Shown one piece after another: positions 9,552-20,317 of a stretch of DNA of 64,000 nt. The position numbers were made by a program, and so were the translations under genes. Origin of the DNA: Candidatus Woesearchaeota archaeon (lineage in GTDB: Archaea > Nanobdellota > Nanobdellia > Pacearchaeales > GW2011-AR1); NCBI GenBank assembly GCA_964514585.1, contig CAZETU010000001.1, positions 82,523-146,522 on the forward strand, given 5' to 3'. Under the pieces are notes generated by a model, which saw only the letters and a program-made list of their open reading frames with translations, made no database searches and was not told the DNA's origin. Every line of letters starts with the position of its first letter. The first letter of the stretch is position 1.

Positions 9552-12500
9552 TCAAAACTCCCCCAACTTCGCGTCCTTCTCACCCTTCCCAAAAATCGAT
9601 TCAATATACATCCGCGTTAACTCAACCCCTTCCTTAGTATAAGACGACAAATTATAATTCTTAGTCAAGCTCATTGCCGAATCCAAATACTTCTTTATCG
9701 ACCCCTCACTAATCGTAAAAATAATTCGGCCCCCACACTTCGTACAAACCCCACTCAAAGGCGGCCTCCGAAATTTCTCATTACAACTACTACACCTAAA
9801 CTGCTGCCGCGCAAACTTCCTCAAATTCCCACGAATATCCCTCAAAAAATGCCTCTCCAAAATAAGTCTCGCAACATCATCAGTATCAACCGCCCGAATC
9901 TTCTTAACCAAATCCATCTGCGCATCAACCTTCTCCTTCATCGTCGGCAAAATCTTATACGCCCCATTATTATAACCCAAATTTAAATCACTAGTATCAT
10001 GCGTAAACCCTGCTCCAATAAACGGTTCGCCTTCCTTCATCTTATCCCGAACCAACTCAACGTCTTCTGCCATCACAGAATGCACCCCTTTCTCAGCCAA
10101 CCTATAAAAATCCAAACTATACCCACTCCCCGTATCAAGAAACAAAATCTGATCATCAACTTCACTAGCCCGAATCCTAGAATTCAAAACCAACGGCGCA
10201 TCCTGACTACCTCCACGATGCCCAGGTAAAAACTTCCTAGAAAAATTCAACAAAACATCCATCAACAACATCACAGCAGCCTCGTCCCCATCACAATCCC
10301 GCCGAATCGCCGCATGCATATAAGGACTAGCAACAATCCCCTGCATCTCGCTCCACCCAATAATCCGACCAATAACTCCCGCGCAATTATGCGGCGCCAT
10401 ACAAACAACCAACCGCCCAACCAAATCCTCCTTCGACTTCAAATTATAATATTTATCCATCTTGTAAAACCGCGCCAACTCCTCATCAACAAAATTCGCA
10501 ATATTCAAAAAAACATCATCCGCCTTCTCGTCCTTAGTCACAGAACACGACGGCATCACAATATCATGCGGCTTCAACTCCAAAACCTGATCATCCTTCA
10601 ACAACTCCTCCCCATGAATATCCTTATCATAACCAAGACTCTTCAATTTCTCAATACTAACCCGAATCTCAAACGGCTTAAAATGCGTCAACGGAATCTC
10701 AGTCCCATCATACCGAACCGTCCCATCCTTATTTACAGACAAATTAAACTTCGCCCTCAAAATCCCCTTCGCTAAATTCTCCGGGACATAACTATTATTA
10801 TTCAAAGACTTAACCCCTTTAACCATCGGCGGCACCTCAAAATCCTCATACCCAAGCAAAGCCCGCGCCGTCGCAAAATAATATTTAACGTCAATTTTCC
10901 TATTTGAAAAATCAAAACAATTATCATGCAATTTACAAATATCATCCTTATTCTCAAAACAGCCCCGACAATGATAAGATTTCAAAACACTCCCCCCACA
11001 TTTTTCACAAGAAGGATAAATCGTCTCATCTCCACATTTTTCACATTTACGAAGCGGCCAATTAGACTTCACAAACCCAGCTTCAACAGCATCTTGCACA
11101 CTCCTCAGCCGACCACCCTGATCACTAACAGGGAACAAAACATTCGGACTCCCAGTCAAATGCCGAGGCTTCGCCTTCTCCGGCCGACCCATCCGCGCCC
11201 CAATAAAACTCCCAGCCTTATCTTTAATCTTAAACTTCGACAACCCATTAACAACTTTCAAAACATCACCATCAAAATCCCCCTCCAACTTAAACATCTC
11301 CCCATCCATCATAAAATCCCGGCCCAAATTAACCAACAGAGCCTTCGCATCGTCACTAATCACAACATTATCCAAAACAATAGAATGTTCAATTCCTAAA
11401 ATTTCCAAGGCCCGTTTCGCCTTACCATAATTCTCCCGATTAGATTTCTCCCACGGCAAAACCAACTTACCATTCTCACCACCTCGCCAAACACCCTTAT
11501 TCAACCATTCGGCCAAAGCCAAAAAATCCTCATTCATAATCTGCGTCCAATAAAAAATATAACGCGGATGAAGTGGAATAGAATATTTCAAACTAACCCT
11601 CATCGCCTCCTCGGGTGAAACAAAAAACTCGGGAGCCTCACCAGTCACATCCAATTTCTCCTTCAATTCCAAATCCCACCACTCTTCAACATAGCCAGGC
11701 CGCAACAAATCAGAATTTCTGTCCATTACATCCCCTACTGGAAACAACATATCCCCAAGATAAATAATCTCATCGACCTCTCCATAAATTTTCTTCGCCT
11801 CCTCAAAATTACTAATTCTCTTCACCGACCCATCCTTCATCTTCACAATCGGTCCATCAATACCATCATTCGAAGTAATAATACAGCCCTTCGTTGGCTT
11901 CTCAATTTTCAACTGCGTTCCATTAGACAAAAACCCATTACTAATCCCCATCGTCGCAGGATGAACAGACACCGCGCTAAACCCACTCGTTCGCCCTCGA
12001 CCATATCGAATCCGAAAACCACCACTCCTCGACGGATGCCCATAAACCGGACGCCCCGCAACTAAATCCTTAATATAAGTCGCAACAACTTCCTCGTCGC
12101 CTCCCTCCCGTTTCTTATGTAACTCCAAATACCCAACCAACCAATCCCAACCAGTACAAACCAACTCATTATCCTTAACACTCTTCAAACGACCAAGCGC
12201 CTTCCCAGCCTTCTGCGCCAACCCCTCACTAAAAGCCAGACACATCCCACCCCGAATAAAATTAGTATGCACCCGCGGCAAATCCTTATAATTCGAAACT
12301 TCTAATCTACTAGTAGGATCCCCATCAATTTGAAATGGCAAATGACTCGCCAAAAAAGCCATCTCCTCTTCCGTCGGAAAATACTGCAAGTTAGTAACCC
12401 TCTCATGAAAATCAGTATTCTCGGTCACATACCTCTTAACCTCCTCTCCACTCGGATCAAACTTAGCATAACCAAAATGCTCCCGCAAATAATCAATCAA

Positions 12501-13007
12501 CATCAAAACAACACAAACCGAAGTCGTCCCAGCCGAACGAATCGGCCCACTAAAACTCGCGATAAAATAATCCTTACCTTCTCGGGTTTTCCCCAATCTC
12601 AAACCCGTATAACCCTCAATCGGCGGAACCACAACCCCCAAAGTCATATAAGCAAAACCAACCCGAATCCCAGCATCAATCGCCTCCAACTGATCCTTAA
12701 ACTTACCAAACTTACCCTCGGCAATCTCCCGCGCAATCACAAAACTAACGGTCGTATCCAACTGTCCATACATCCCTTCCAGCTCCCCCATCCTTTTAGA
12801 AATCCTCTCAATAGGTAAATCAGGATAAACAACCGCAACCAAACGAACAGCCTTCTCAGTCATAGTCACAGCCAACGGCGATTCAACTTCTTTAACAGGA
12901 TCCAACCCCTTGCTCCGAGCCTCACTAGCAACTTCATACTCCTTAATCACTTGAGCCTCTAAATCCGCAAAATATTTCTCACTATCCCACTTATACAAAT
13001 CATTCAT
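9552..13007 (-). CDS. polC: DNA polymerase D large subunit DP2
   Basis: FSGPIRSAGTT, RYGRGRTSG, RMGRPEKAK, GTVRYDGT, catalytic RRDCDGDE and C-terminal Zn finger. Start placed at ATG 13007 (MNDLYKW), overlapping the DP1 stop. No intein seen. Confidence 0.98.
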   Translation of the reverse strand: MNDLYKWDSEKYFADLEAQVIKEYEVASEARSKGLDPVKEVESPLAVTMTEKAVRLVAVVYPDLPIERISKRMGELEGMYGQLDTTVSFVIAREIAEGKFGKFKDQLEAIDAGIRVGFAYMTLGVVVPPIEGYTGLRLGKTREGKDYFIASFSGPIRSAGTTSVCVVLMLIDYLREHFGYAKFDPSGEEVKRYVTENTDFHERVTNLQYFPTEEEMAFLASHLPFQIDGDPTSRLEVSNYKDLPRVHTNFIRGGMCLAFSEGLAQKAGKALGRLKSVKDNELVCTGWDWLVGYLELHKKREGGDEEVVATYIKDLVAGRPVYGHPSRSGGFRIRYGRGRTSGFSAVSVHPATMGISNGFLSNGTQLKIEKPTKGCIITSNDGIDGPIVKMKDGSVKRISNFEEAKKIYGEVDEIIYLGDMLFPVGDVMDRNSDLLRPGYVEEWWDLELKEKLDVTGEAPEFFVSPEEAMRVSLKYSIPLHPRYIFYWTQIMNEDFLALAEWLNKGVWRGGENGKLVLPWEKSNRENYGKAKRALEILGIEHSIVLDNVVISDDAKALLVNLGRDFMMDGEMFKLEGDFDGDVLKVVNGLSKFKIKDKAGSFIGARMGRPEKAKPRHLTGSPNVLFPVSDQGGRLRSVQDAVEAGFVKSNWPLRKCEKCGDETIYPSCEKCGGSVLKSYHCRGCFENKDDICKLHDNCFDFSNRKIDVKYYFATARALLGYEDFEVPPMVKGVKSLNNNSYVPENLAKGILRAKFNLSVNKDGTVRYDGTEIPLTHFKPFEIRVSIEKLKSLGYDKDIHGEELLKDDQVLELKPHDIVMPSCSVTKDEKADDVFLNIANFVDEELARFYKMDKYYNLKSKEDLVGRLVVCMAPHNCAGVIGRIIGWSEMQGIVASPYMHAAIRRDCDGDEAAVMLLMDVLLNFSRKFLPGHRGGSQDAPLVLNSRIRASEVDDQILFLDTGSGYSLDFYRLAEKGVHSVMAEDVELVRDKMKEGEPFIGAGFTHDTSDLNLGYNNGAYKILPTMKEKVDAQMDLVKKIRAVDTDDVARLILERHFLRDIRGNLRKFARQQFRCSSCNEKFRRPPLSGVCTKCGGRIIFTISEGSIKKYLDSAMSLTKNYNLSSYTKEGVELTRMYIESIFGKGEKDAKLGEF

Positions 13008-14514
13008 CTTTAACCCCCACTTTACAGTCACTAAGCTCACAAATCAAATCCTCACCAGTCTCCCACTTCACATCATCATCCCCAGAAAAATCAACAATCT
13101 TAACTTCCCTAGTCTTCAAATTAACCAACGGCACCTTACAAGGATCCGGCACATTCCCAACCTTTTCCTCAAACGGAGTCATCGACTGCCAACACGAACT
13201 CGAAACCAACAAAATATTATTATAACTACAAATCTCCGCCCGATGCTGATCCGCCGTCGCAACAATATCCGGCACAACATCAATCACCAAAGGATCCTTC
13301 TCCTCACAAGGAATATAATCCATCACCCCATGCATCGGAGCCAAATGCCGCCGCTTCAACATCTCCTTCACAACCCTCGTCGGATTCCCGTGCCCGCTCT
13401 CGACCCGAATATCATCCATCTGATTAATAAAACGATTTATACTCGCCCCGTGATACATCAAAACCTTAAACCCGCCCCCAATCTCAACCAAAGCCGGATT
13501 AGTAACTAAATGCAAATTCTCCATCTCATACAACCCCGGCGCCCACTTCCGCGAAATCATAGGCTGCGGCTCACCCAACCAAACCGAATCGTGCTGCCCC
13601 GGACACATAATAATCTCAACATCCTTCCGAATCAACTTCAACAACTCCTCAACCTTCCGATACTGCCCCAAAGACGTCTTAATATTCAACCACTTATCCT
13701 GATCCGCAAAAATCCCAACCCCATCAATATTATCCCCAGTCAAAAACAAATACTTAACCTTCATCGCAATCGCCCTCTGCCTATCATCCCCAACCCCACC
13801 ATTCAACCACTTAATAAATTTCAACAAATTCTTCTCTAAAAACATCGTCGACCCAGTATGAAAATCCCCACTAAAAGCAACATACTCATCAACATTCCCG
13901 TGCCGCTCCTTCTCCAGCCCCGCATCAGGATAAATAATATCACTCACAAACAACATCTTCCCCGTCCCCGAAACCCGAAACGCAACAATATCGTCAACCA
14001 ACAAATTCTTCGCCTTCTCAAAAACCTCCCGCCGATCCTGGTTAACCAAGACAACACTATTCCCCGTCAAATCCTCAACCTCAAAAAGCATATTCTTATT
14101 CTTAGTAATCCTCTTATCCGTCACCGCTGCAATAATCGTACAAACAATATTATTAGAATCAATTTTCCGAAGCGAACTCAAATTATCAAACCCCCTCTCC
14201 TCTAAAATCCCCTTCAACACCCCATAACGATACCTAAAATGATTAATAAAATCCTTAACCTCAATCTTCCGCTGCGAAAAACTAACCGACGAAATCAACT
14301 TCACAGACCCCTCATTATCAACCTTCACACCCCCAAACTTATCAGAATAACTCAAAAACAAACTCCTAGTCACCAAACCCCTATTAATACCCATCTTCTC
14401 AAACGAATCAATAACCTTCTCAGCGACCCCCTCATCCATCCCAGAAAAATATTCCAACATCTCTTTATCTAAAAGATATCCCATTTCCCTGCAAAGCTTC
14501 AATATTTCTACCAT
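13000..14514 (-). CDS. polB: DNA polymerase D small subunit DP1 (proofreading exonuclease)
   Basis: OB fold plus calcineurin-like motifs GDFH, GDNIDG, PGQHD, HG and RHLAP. Confidence 0.95.
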   Translation of the reverse strand: MVEILKLCREMGYLLDKEMLEYFSGMDEGVAEKVIDSFEKMGINRGLVTRSLFLSYSDKFGGVKVDNEGSVKLISSVSFSQRKIEVKDFINHFRYRYGVLKGILEERGFDNLSSLRKIDSNNIVCTIIAAVTDKRITKNKNMLFEVEDLTGNSVVLVNQDRREVFEKAKNLLVDDIVAFRVSGTGKMLFVSDIIYPDAGLEKERHGNVDEYVAFSGDFHTGSTMFLEKNLLKFIKWLNGGVGDDRQRAIAMKVKYLFLTGDNIDGVGIFADQDKWLNIKTSLGQYRKVEELLKLIRKDVEIIMCPGQHDSVWLGEPQPMISRKWAPGLYEMENLHLVTNPALVEIGGGFKVLMYHGASINRFINQMDDIRVESGHGNPTRVVKEMLKRRHLAPMHGVMDYIPCEEKDPLVIDVVPDIVATADQHRAEICSYNNILLVSSSCWQSMTPFEEKVGNVPDPCKVPLVNLKTREVKIVDFSGDDDVKWETGEDLICELSDCKVGVKDE

Positions 14515-14578
14515 CCAAAATCGAGGAATCTACAACTCAATGGAGTTTGTCCTCAGTATTACCTTATTTTACTTATTT

Positions 14579-15793
14579 TTAAAGCCCCAACGACTCAATA
14601 AGAATCGCCTCAACTTTATCAAACAAATTCGACGGAACTGACAACCTAATTTCACGCGTCCTACCATGCCGTCCCTTCGAAATGACCTTCGCATTAATTA
14701 AACCCAACATATCAATCTCAGCCAAAATATCACTAATCCTCCGCTGAGTCAAAGAATCCGTCTTCGTATCATCACAAAGCCCCTGATAATAATTATAAAC
14801 ATCCCCAGTAAAAAACCTATCAACACCCTGGTCCTTAAATTGCTTCGTCAATTGCAATATAGAATACAAAACCAGCTGAAACTGCTTCGGCTCCCCTTCA
14901 ACAATATCCAAAATCTTATCCCGTTCCATTTTCATATTCGCCAAATCAATATAATCCTCCCCAATCAACTCCTTACCTTCCCTCTCACTAAGCTCCCCAG
15001 CAATCCTAAGCAAATCTAACGCTCTCCTGGCATCACCATGTTCCCTCGCCGCATAAGCCGCACACTTCGCAATAACACCGTCAGCAACAGTATTCTCCTT
15101 AAACGCCTCCTCACATCGATCTTTCAAAATATCTTGCAACTGAATCGCATTATAAGGATGAAAAACAAACTCTTCCTCACCCAAACTCGACCGAACCCTA
15201 GGGTCAATATTCTCCAAAAAAGTCACCTCATTAGAAATCCCAATAATCGAAATCTGAGCCAAACTCAATTCCTGATTCAACCTCGTCAAAGAATAAAGAA
15301 AATTATCACTCATCTTCTTAATCGCCTGATCAATCTCATCAAAAATAAAAACAATCAACTGCTTCTTACTATCAACCAACTCAATAAACTTAGACCAGAC
15401 CTGATCCGTCGGCAATCCCGTTGCGGGAACTGAGCCCCCAAGCTGATGAATCAAAGCCGCCAAAATTCTATACTCAGTATCAGCAACCTTCTTCAACTTA
15501 CAATTCAAATATTCAAATCTCACATTAACATCCAACTCAATTGATTTCTTAACCAACTCATTTCTAACATACTCAACAGAAAGCGTTTTTCCAGTTCCCG
15601 TTTTCCCATAAACAAACAAATTACTGGGCCTCTCTCCTCGAAGCGCCGAAGCTAAAATTTCAGCAATTGATTTAATCTGCTCATCCCTATGGGGTATCGA
15701 CTCGGGTGTATAACGAACCTGTAACACACTTTTATTCTTAAAAAGACTATTATTAACAGCCGAATCAAAAATCTCACCCAACTCAACACCCAT
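14579..15793 (-). CDS. cdc6: Orc1/Cdc6 replication initiator
   Basis: PHRDEQI, Walker A GKTGTGKT, Walker B IFDEID, GDARRALDLLR and a C-terminal winged helix (GRHGRTREI). Confidence 0.97.
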   Translation of the reverse strand: MGVELGEIFDSAVNNSLFKNKSVLQVRYTPESIPHRDEQIKSIAEILASALRGERPSNLFVYGKTGTGKTLSVEYVRNELVKKSIELDVNVRFEYLNCKLKKVADTEYRILAALIHQLGGSVPATGLPTDQVWSKFIELVDSKKQLIVFIFDEIDQAIKKMSDNFLYSLTRLNQELSLAQISIIGISNEVTFLENIDPRVRSSLGEEEFVFHPYNAIQLQDILKDRCEEAFKENTVADGVIAKCAAYAAREHGDARRALDLLRIAGELSEREGKELIGEDYIDLANMKMERDKILDIVEGEPKQFQLVLYSILQLTKQFKDQGVDRFFTGDVYNYYQGLCDDTKTDSLTQRRISDILAEIDMLGLINAKVISKGRHGRTREIRLSVPSNLFDKVEAILIESLGL

Positions 15794-15865
15794 TCTTCAC
15801 CACCATAAAACAAAACCACATCTAAACTATTTAAACTTTCATATACTAGAAGACATAACCCCAAC

Positions 15866-16187
15866 ACCCCTACTTCTCTTGGAATTAAAACTCTACTTCT
15901 TTATTAATATTAAGACAAAAATAATCAAAATCTCCTCGATAAATCAATTTTATTAATAATTAACCCTCACCCCCCTATTTCCTCTCCAAGAGAAATCTAA
16001 AATTCAAATTTTTTTAATAGAATCCAAAGTATATACTACAATATATCCATCATAACATACTATATTTAATAATATATAATATAATATATATAATATATAA
16101 TATAAATATTTATAAATAAAAATTAAAAAACAAAAACAAAAAAGTCCCCAAAAACTTTAAAAAACTTTCTATGAGAAACCAAGGGGT
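15866..16187. other. Putative replication origin: ORB-like boxes flanking an AT-rich unwinding element
   Basis: Minus strand TTCCAAGAGAAGTAGGGGT (15866-15884) and TTGGAGAGGAAATAGGGGGGT (15969-15989); plus strand TTCTATGAGAAACCAAGGGGT (16167-16187). A nearly pure A/T tract lies at about 16050-16130, directly upstream of cdc6. Confidence 0.75.
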
Positions 16188-16326
16188 CACAGGTAAAATC
16201 ATAAATTAATACATAAATATCAAAATATCAACCATTTTTAATAAAAATAAAACAAATTACTTCACTACTTCTTTTTAATAAAAATTCGAAAGAAAGATTT
16301 ATAAACAATTTACATTTAAACAAACT

Positions 16327-16581
16327 ATGGAGAAAAAACCATTCAAAGCTCTTCTTGGAAAACAAGTTGTAACAAAAGAGGGTAAAAAATTAGGTATTGT
16401 TAAAGATATAACATTTGAAGCCAGAACAGGCGAATTAATACACATTGTCCTTAGGGATTTAACAACATACACAGCAAATTTATCTTTAGAAAGGACAAAA
16501 GAAAGAGAAGCGTTGGTTCCATATAATTCAGTTATAGCAGTTGGTGATTTTATTGTAGTTTCAGAAGAAGATCTATTATAA
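16327..16581 (+). CDS. PRC-barrel domain protein
   Basis: LLGKQVVTKEGKKLGIVKDI..E..TGEL and VPYNSVIAVGDFIVV. Confidence 0.9.
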   Translation: MEKKPFKALLGKQVVTKEGKKLGIVKDITFEARTGELIHIVLRDLTTYTANLSLERTKEREALVPYNSVIAVGDFIVVSEEDLL

Positions 16582-16615
16582 TAAAACTTATAAACCACTT
16601 TTATCAAAACCTAAT

Positions 16616-17017
16616 ATGGCAAATATGAAATTAATTGGAGCAAAATTCACAAAAGTGAACGCAGAGAGAAACCCCGATTTTAGCGGCAAACTATCTATGG
16701 ATACAAATATCAAAATCACAGAATTAGATAGAGTTAAAGACTCCAAAGACGCCGTAAAAATCTCATATTTATTCGGAATAGACTATGGAGAATTAGGAAA
16801 AATATCAATAGAAGGTAGTCTTTTTGTAACAACTGACTCAAAAACAGTAAAAGAATTAATCAAATTATGGAAAGATAAAAAAGTAGATACTCCAGAAATG
16901 ATTGCAATAACAAACCTAATCATACAAAAAGCCTCAATAAGGGCTTTTGAATTAGAAGAAGAATTAGGTCTACCAATCCACATCAAACTCCCCTCTTTAT
17001 CGATCAAAAAAGATTAA
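16616..17017 (+). CDS. Conserved hypothetical protein (possible SecB-like fold)
   Basis: 133 aa soluble ORF ending LGLPIHIKLP; the fold is a guess. Confidence 0.7.
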   Translation: MANMKLIGAKFTKVNAERNPDFSGKLSMDTNIKITELDRVKDSKDAVKISYLFGIDYGELGKISIEGSLFVTTDSKTVKELIKLWKDKKVDTPEMIAITNLIIQKASIRAFELEEELGLPIHIKLPSLSIKKD

Positions 17018-17059
17018 TCAATCATTTTATATATGATAATTTTTCTATAGTATATTATT

Positions 17060-17140
17060 GCCCATATCGCATAATGGTATTGCACGCGGCTCGAACCCGC
17101 GGCCGTTCTCGGCGTCCCCGTTCGATTCGGGGTATGGGCG
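17060..17140 (+). tRNA. tRNA-Ser(CGA)
   Basis: Acceptor GCCCATA/TATGGGC, discriminator G; anticodon arm CGCGG-CTCGAAC-CCGCG; long variable arm GCCG-TTCT-CGGC; T arm CCCCG-TTCGATT-CGGGG. Confidence 0.92.
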
Positions 17141-17141
17141 T

Positions 17142-18764
17142 CTATAAACCACTCATTTTTTTATTACCACTAACACCAGCCTTCACACCAAAATTACTAC
17201 CAACCTTTTTCACACCATCAACCTTCTTAGTATTCAAATTTTTAATATAATTTTGAACAGGGGAAACACCACCTGGACCCACAGGAATATTATTAGTAGG
17301 ATTAGACTCATTAACACCCCTTCTTAAAATCAAAAAATAAAATAAAACCAAAATGATAGCCAAAAAAACAATAATCATAATAACCCAAAAAATCCAATTC
17401 ACAGTCATATCATCTAACTGGCTCTCACTATTATTAACTAAGTCACCACTACCAACCCCATCATTAACAACACTACCATTTAAACCACCCCCAACAGAGG
17501 CATTTTCATTACCAGAAGTATCACTAGCCCCACCACTACTAGACACAGTATCATCCAGAAAAACATAAATAGTATTACTAGACTTCTCATTTTCCCCATC
17601 ACTAGCATAAATCTTAAACTCATCAGACCCATTAAAACTACTCTTCACACCAACACTCATAATAACACCAACAAAACTCACATCTAAATTAACCCCGCCA
17701 GTAATACGAAAACTCAAATCATCCCCATCATTATCATTAAAATACTCACTTAAATCAACCTTTTCAACCCCACCACTAGGAACAAAAACAAACCCAATCT
17801 GCTTAACTAACTTAGGCGCAATATTAATATCACTAATATTCACACTAAAAAGATTAGAAGTAATATTATTAAACAAACTCTCAACCCGAATCCCAAAATC
17901 CCGAGTTCCAGTAAAATTCTCAGCCGGCATAAACAAAACATTATCCCCATCAATATCATAATCAACCCACTCACCACCACTATTATTATTCCCAGTAAAC
18001 GAAAAACTATAACTTAAACTATAGGGTGAGCTAAAATAACTCAAAATATCAAAAGCATTATTCCAATCAGTATTCATACCAAACTCAAAGTCAGGAATTT
18101 CACCCAAAACCACAATCGGCGCGACAAAAGCCCCATCATCAATAGAATAATACCTAATATAATCAATCGTCTCACCCTTGTAAGCCCGAACCTCCAAGCT
18201 CTCATTCCCATTAACTAAAAGATCAACCTCAGAAAACTCAAAATAAGACCCACTATCACTAAAAGAAGGCGACCCAATATCAAAAATTCCAGCAACAGAC
18301 CCAGAACTCAAAATCCGATCATCAATTTCACTATCAAAATTAGATAAAAGACTATCAAAATAAAGAATAGTACTAGATTCAATAAAAGTATCGTGTGAAT
18401 TCACACCATCAACAAGCACCTGAGTCCCATTTAAGTAAAAAACATCAATAAATTTCTCAATCTGTCCAGAATAATCAACTAAATAATTACTAATAGCCCA
18501 AACTTCACCACCCCCATTCGTTTTATACGCAACATAATCAGTGCAATCACCACCACTCTCCTTCAAAATCACAACATCAGAATTATTTTCAAAAAAAACC
18601 GAATCCCAAACAGCTAAAATCTCAGAATCACTACAACCACTAACCTCACTAGGTGTCCAAATAACTTCTCCAGTTAAATTATCTCCTAAAAAACTCCAAC
18701 CAACAAACAAAATCAACAACCCAACAACCCAGGTCGCCAAACCTACACACCTTTTCATTATCAA
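17142..18764 (-). CDS. Cell-surface protein with cadherin/Ig-like repeats and C-terminal membrane anchor
   Basis: N-terminal signal/TM; DLSEYFNDNDGDDLSF and IYASDG motifs; S/G/N linker; C-terminal TM. Confidence 0.8.
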   Translation of the reverse strand: MIMKRCVGLATWVVGLLILFVGWSFLGDNLTGEVIWTPSEVSGCSDSEILAVWDSVFFENNSDVVILKESGGDCTDYVAYKTNGGGEVWAISNYLVDYSGQIEKFIDVFYLNGTQVLVDGVNSHDTFIESSTILYFDSLLSNFDSEIDDRILSSGSVAGIFDIGSPSFSDSGSYFEFSEVDLLVNGNESLEVRAYKGETIDYIRYYSIDDGAFVAPIVVLGEIPDFEFGMNTDWNNAFDILSYFSSPYSLSYSFSFTGNNNSGGEWVDYDIDGDNVLFMPAENFTGTRDFGIRVESLFNNITSNLFSVNISDINIAPKLVKQIGFVFVPSGGVEKVDLSEYFNDNDGDDLSFRITGGVNLDVSFVGVIMSVGVKSSFNGSDEFKIYASDGENEKSSNTIYVFLDDTVSSSGGASDTSGNENASVGGGLNGSVVNDGVGSGDLVNNSESQLDDMTVNWIFWVIMIIVFLAIILVLFYFLILRRGVNESNPTNNIPVGPGGVSPVQNYIKNLNTKKVDGVKKVGSNFGVKAGVSGNKKMSGL

Positions 18765-18835
18765 TACAACCCAAATCTAAATATAAACCTTTCGAGAAAC
18801 CAAAAACATATAAAACAAATAAACCTAAATCAACT

Positions 18836-19105
18836 ATGCCAAAAATCTCCGAACAAAAAATCGAAAAAATCTCCGAACAAATAATATCACACCTATTTTC
18901 TATATTCCCAAAACAAATTTTTACAGCAGATATAGCAAAAGAACTAGCAAGAGACGAAGAATTCATGAAAAACTTATTATTAGAATTAGAAAAAAAAGAA
19001 TTAGTTATAAAAATAAACAAAAATCCAAAAGGATTCCAATATTCCAGAAGACTTAGGTGGAGAATTTCAAATAAAGCCTATGAAATTTACAAAAAACATC
19101 AATAA
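18836..19105 (+). CDS. Small winged-helix DNA-binding protein
   Basis: FTADIAKELARDEEF...LLLELEKKELV...RRLRWRIS pattern. Confidence 0.7.
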   Translation: MPKISEQKIEKISEQIISHLFSIFPKQIFTADIAKELARDEEFMKNLLLELEKKELVIKINKNPKGFQYSRRLRWRISNKAYEIYKKHQ

Positions 19106-19236
19106 CTCCCAAAAACTATTCTAAAAAATACCCCAACAAACCAACAATTAAAACTACTACTCAAACCCAATACAAAATCTAAAAATATATTTCTCAAGAC
19201 AACTATAATTATAAACCAAGACAACCTATTTTTTAA

Positions 19237-19968
19237 ATGGATCCAATAAAAGAGGCCTTTTCTAAAATAAAAGAAGATATACTCTCTCTAAAAAACGAAA
19301 TCTACAATCTAAAAGAGCAAATATCTAAAATAAACATCCCAACACTCCAACAAACAAACCAACAGACACGTATTCAGACAATTCCAACACATAATCAAAC
19401 ACAGACACCCCAACAAACAGACATCCCAACACATAATTCAGGCATTCCAACACATAATTACCAATTAGAGAGCCCATATAGCCCGAATTTGGATAGTTCC
19501 ATAGGAAATAAAGGGGTTCCAACAAACAAACCAACAAACACACAAACAAACCAACAGACACAATATACACAGGGGAATGCCCCAACACACAAACAAACCA
19601 ACACTTATTCAAACAATCCCAACTCACCCCTTGACTTCAAGCAGGCTAATGAAATTCTGGAGTCATTGGATAATATCAAAAAAGGAATTAGGCTTAAGTT
19701 TAAGCGTCTAACCCCCCAGGAAATGCTTGTTTTTAGCACTTTATACACCCTAGAAGAGCAGAAAATGGACCAAATCACATATAGGGCCATAGCTACAAAA
19801 CTTAATCTCAGCGAGTCTTCTATACGAGATTATACCAATAAACTCATAAAAAAGGGCATTCCTATCGAAAAAATCAGGCAGAACAATAAAATAATCATTT
19901 TAAAAACTTCACAAGATCTAAAAAATGTAGCTACTTTAGGTACAATTCATCAATTAAGAGAATTATAG
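19237..19968 (+). CDS. Coiled-coil / Q-T-N-rich linker / C-terminal winged HTH protein
   Basis: LTPQEMLVFSTL...ITYRAIATKLNLSESSIRDYTNKLIKKG. Confidence 0.8.
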   Translation: MDPIKEAFSKIKEDILSLKNEIYNLKEQISKINIPTLQQTNQQTRIQTIPTHNQTQTPQQTDIPTHNSGIPTHNYQLESPYSPNLDSSIGNKGVPTNKPTNTQTNQQTQYTQGNAPTHKQTNTYSNNPNSPLDFKQANEILESLDNIKKGIRLKFKRLTPQEMLVFSTLYTLEEQKMDQITYRAIATKLNLSESSIRDYTNKLIKKGIPIEKIRQNNKIIILKTSQDLKNVATLGTIHQLREL

Positions 19969-20103
19969 GGCCAATTTATAGCAATTTTGGCCCTATAATC
20001 CGAGATGTTACTTTTTAAGAGAATATGATTTTATCGTCGACGAATTTCAATTTTATCTAAATTTTTAGTAAACTTTTTACTTCCAATTTTTCAAAATATC
20101 AAG

Positions 20104-20123
20104 ATATTCGTTTAAACGAATAT
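20104..20123. promoter_or_regulatory. Perfect 20-bp palindrome ATATTCGTTTAAACGAATAT
   Basis: Seen directly in the intergenic region between two convergent wHTH genes. Confidence 0.6.
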
Positions 20124-20317
20124 TAATTTATGTCTAACTACTCACTTTTTCTCTGAATTTTTACTCTTTACTGACCCTAAATCTTCATCATTTAGGTATG
20201 TCATTTTTTTCTATTATTTAACTCACCTTTTCGTCCAAAACACCTAGTTTCTTAGCTTTGTCTCACTTTTCGTCCAAAAAAGCTGTTTTTTTGACCAAAA
20301 AACTAACATCCTAACTC

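Noticed and set aside
5326-13040. Inteins in DnaE or DP2
   Set aside because: No intein splice motifs; the usual DnaE site reads continuously (AAYSFNKSH) and protein lengths are normal.
5875-15433. Many long plus-strand ORFs antisense to dnaE, DP2, DP1 and cdc6
   Set aside because: Shadow ORFs: the A/C-rich strand is depleted of stop codons; the products are low-complexity and have no motifs.
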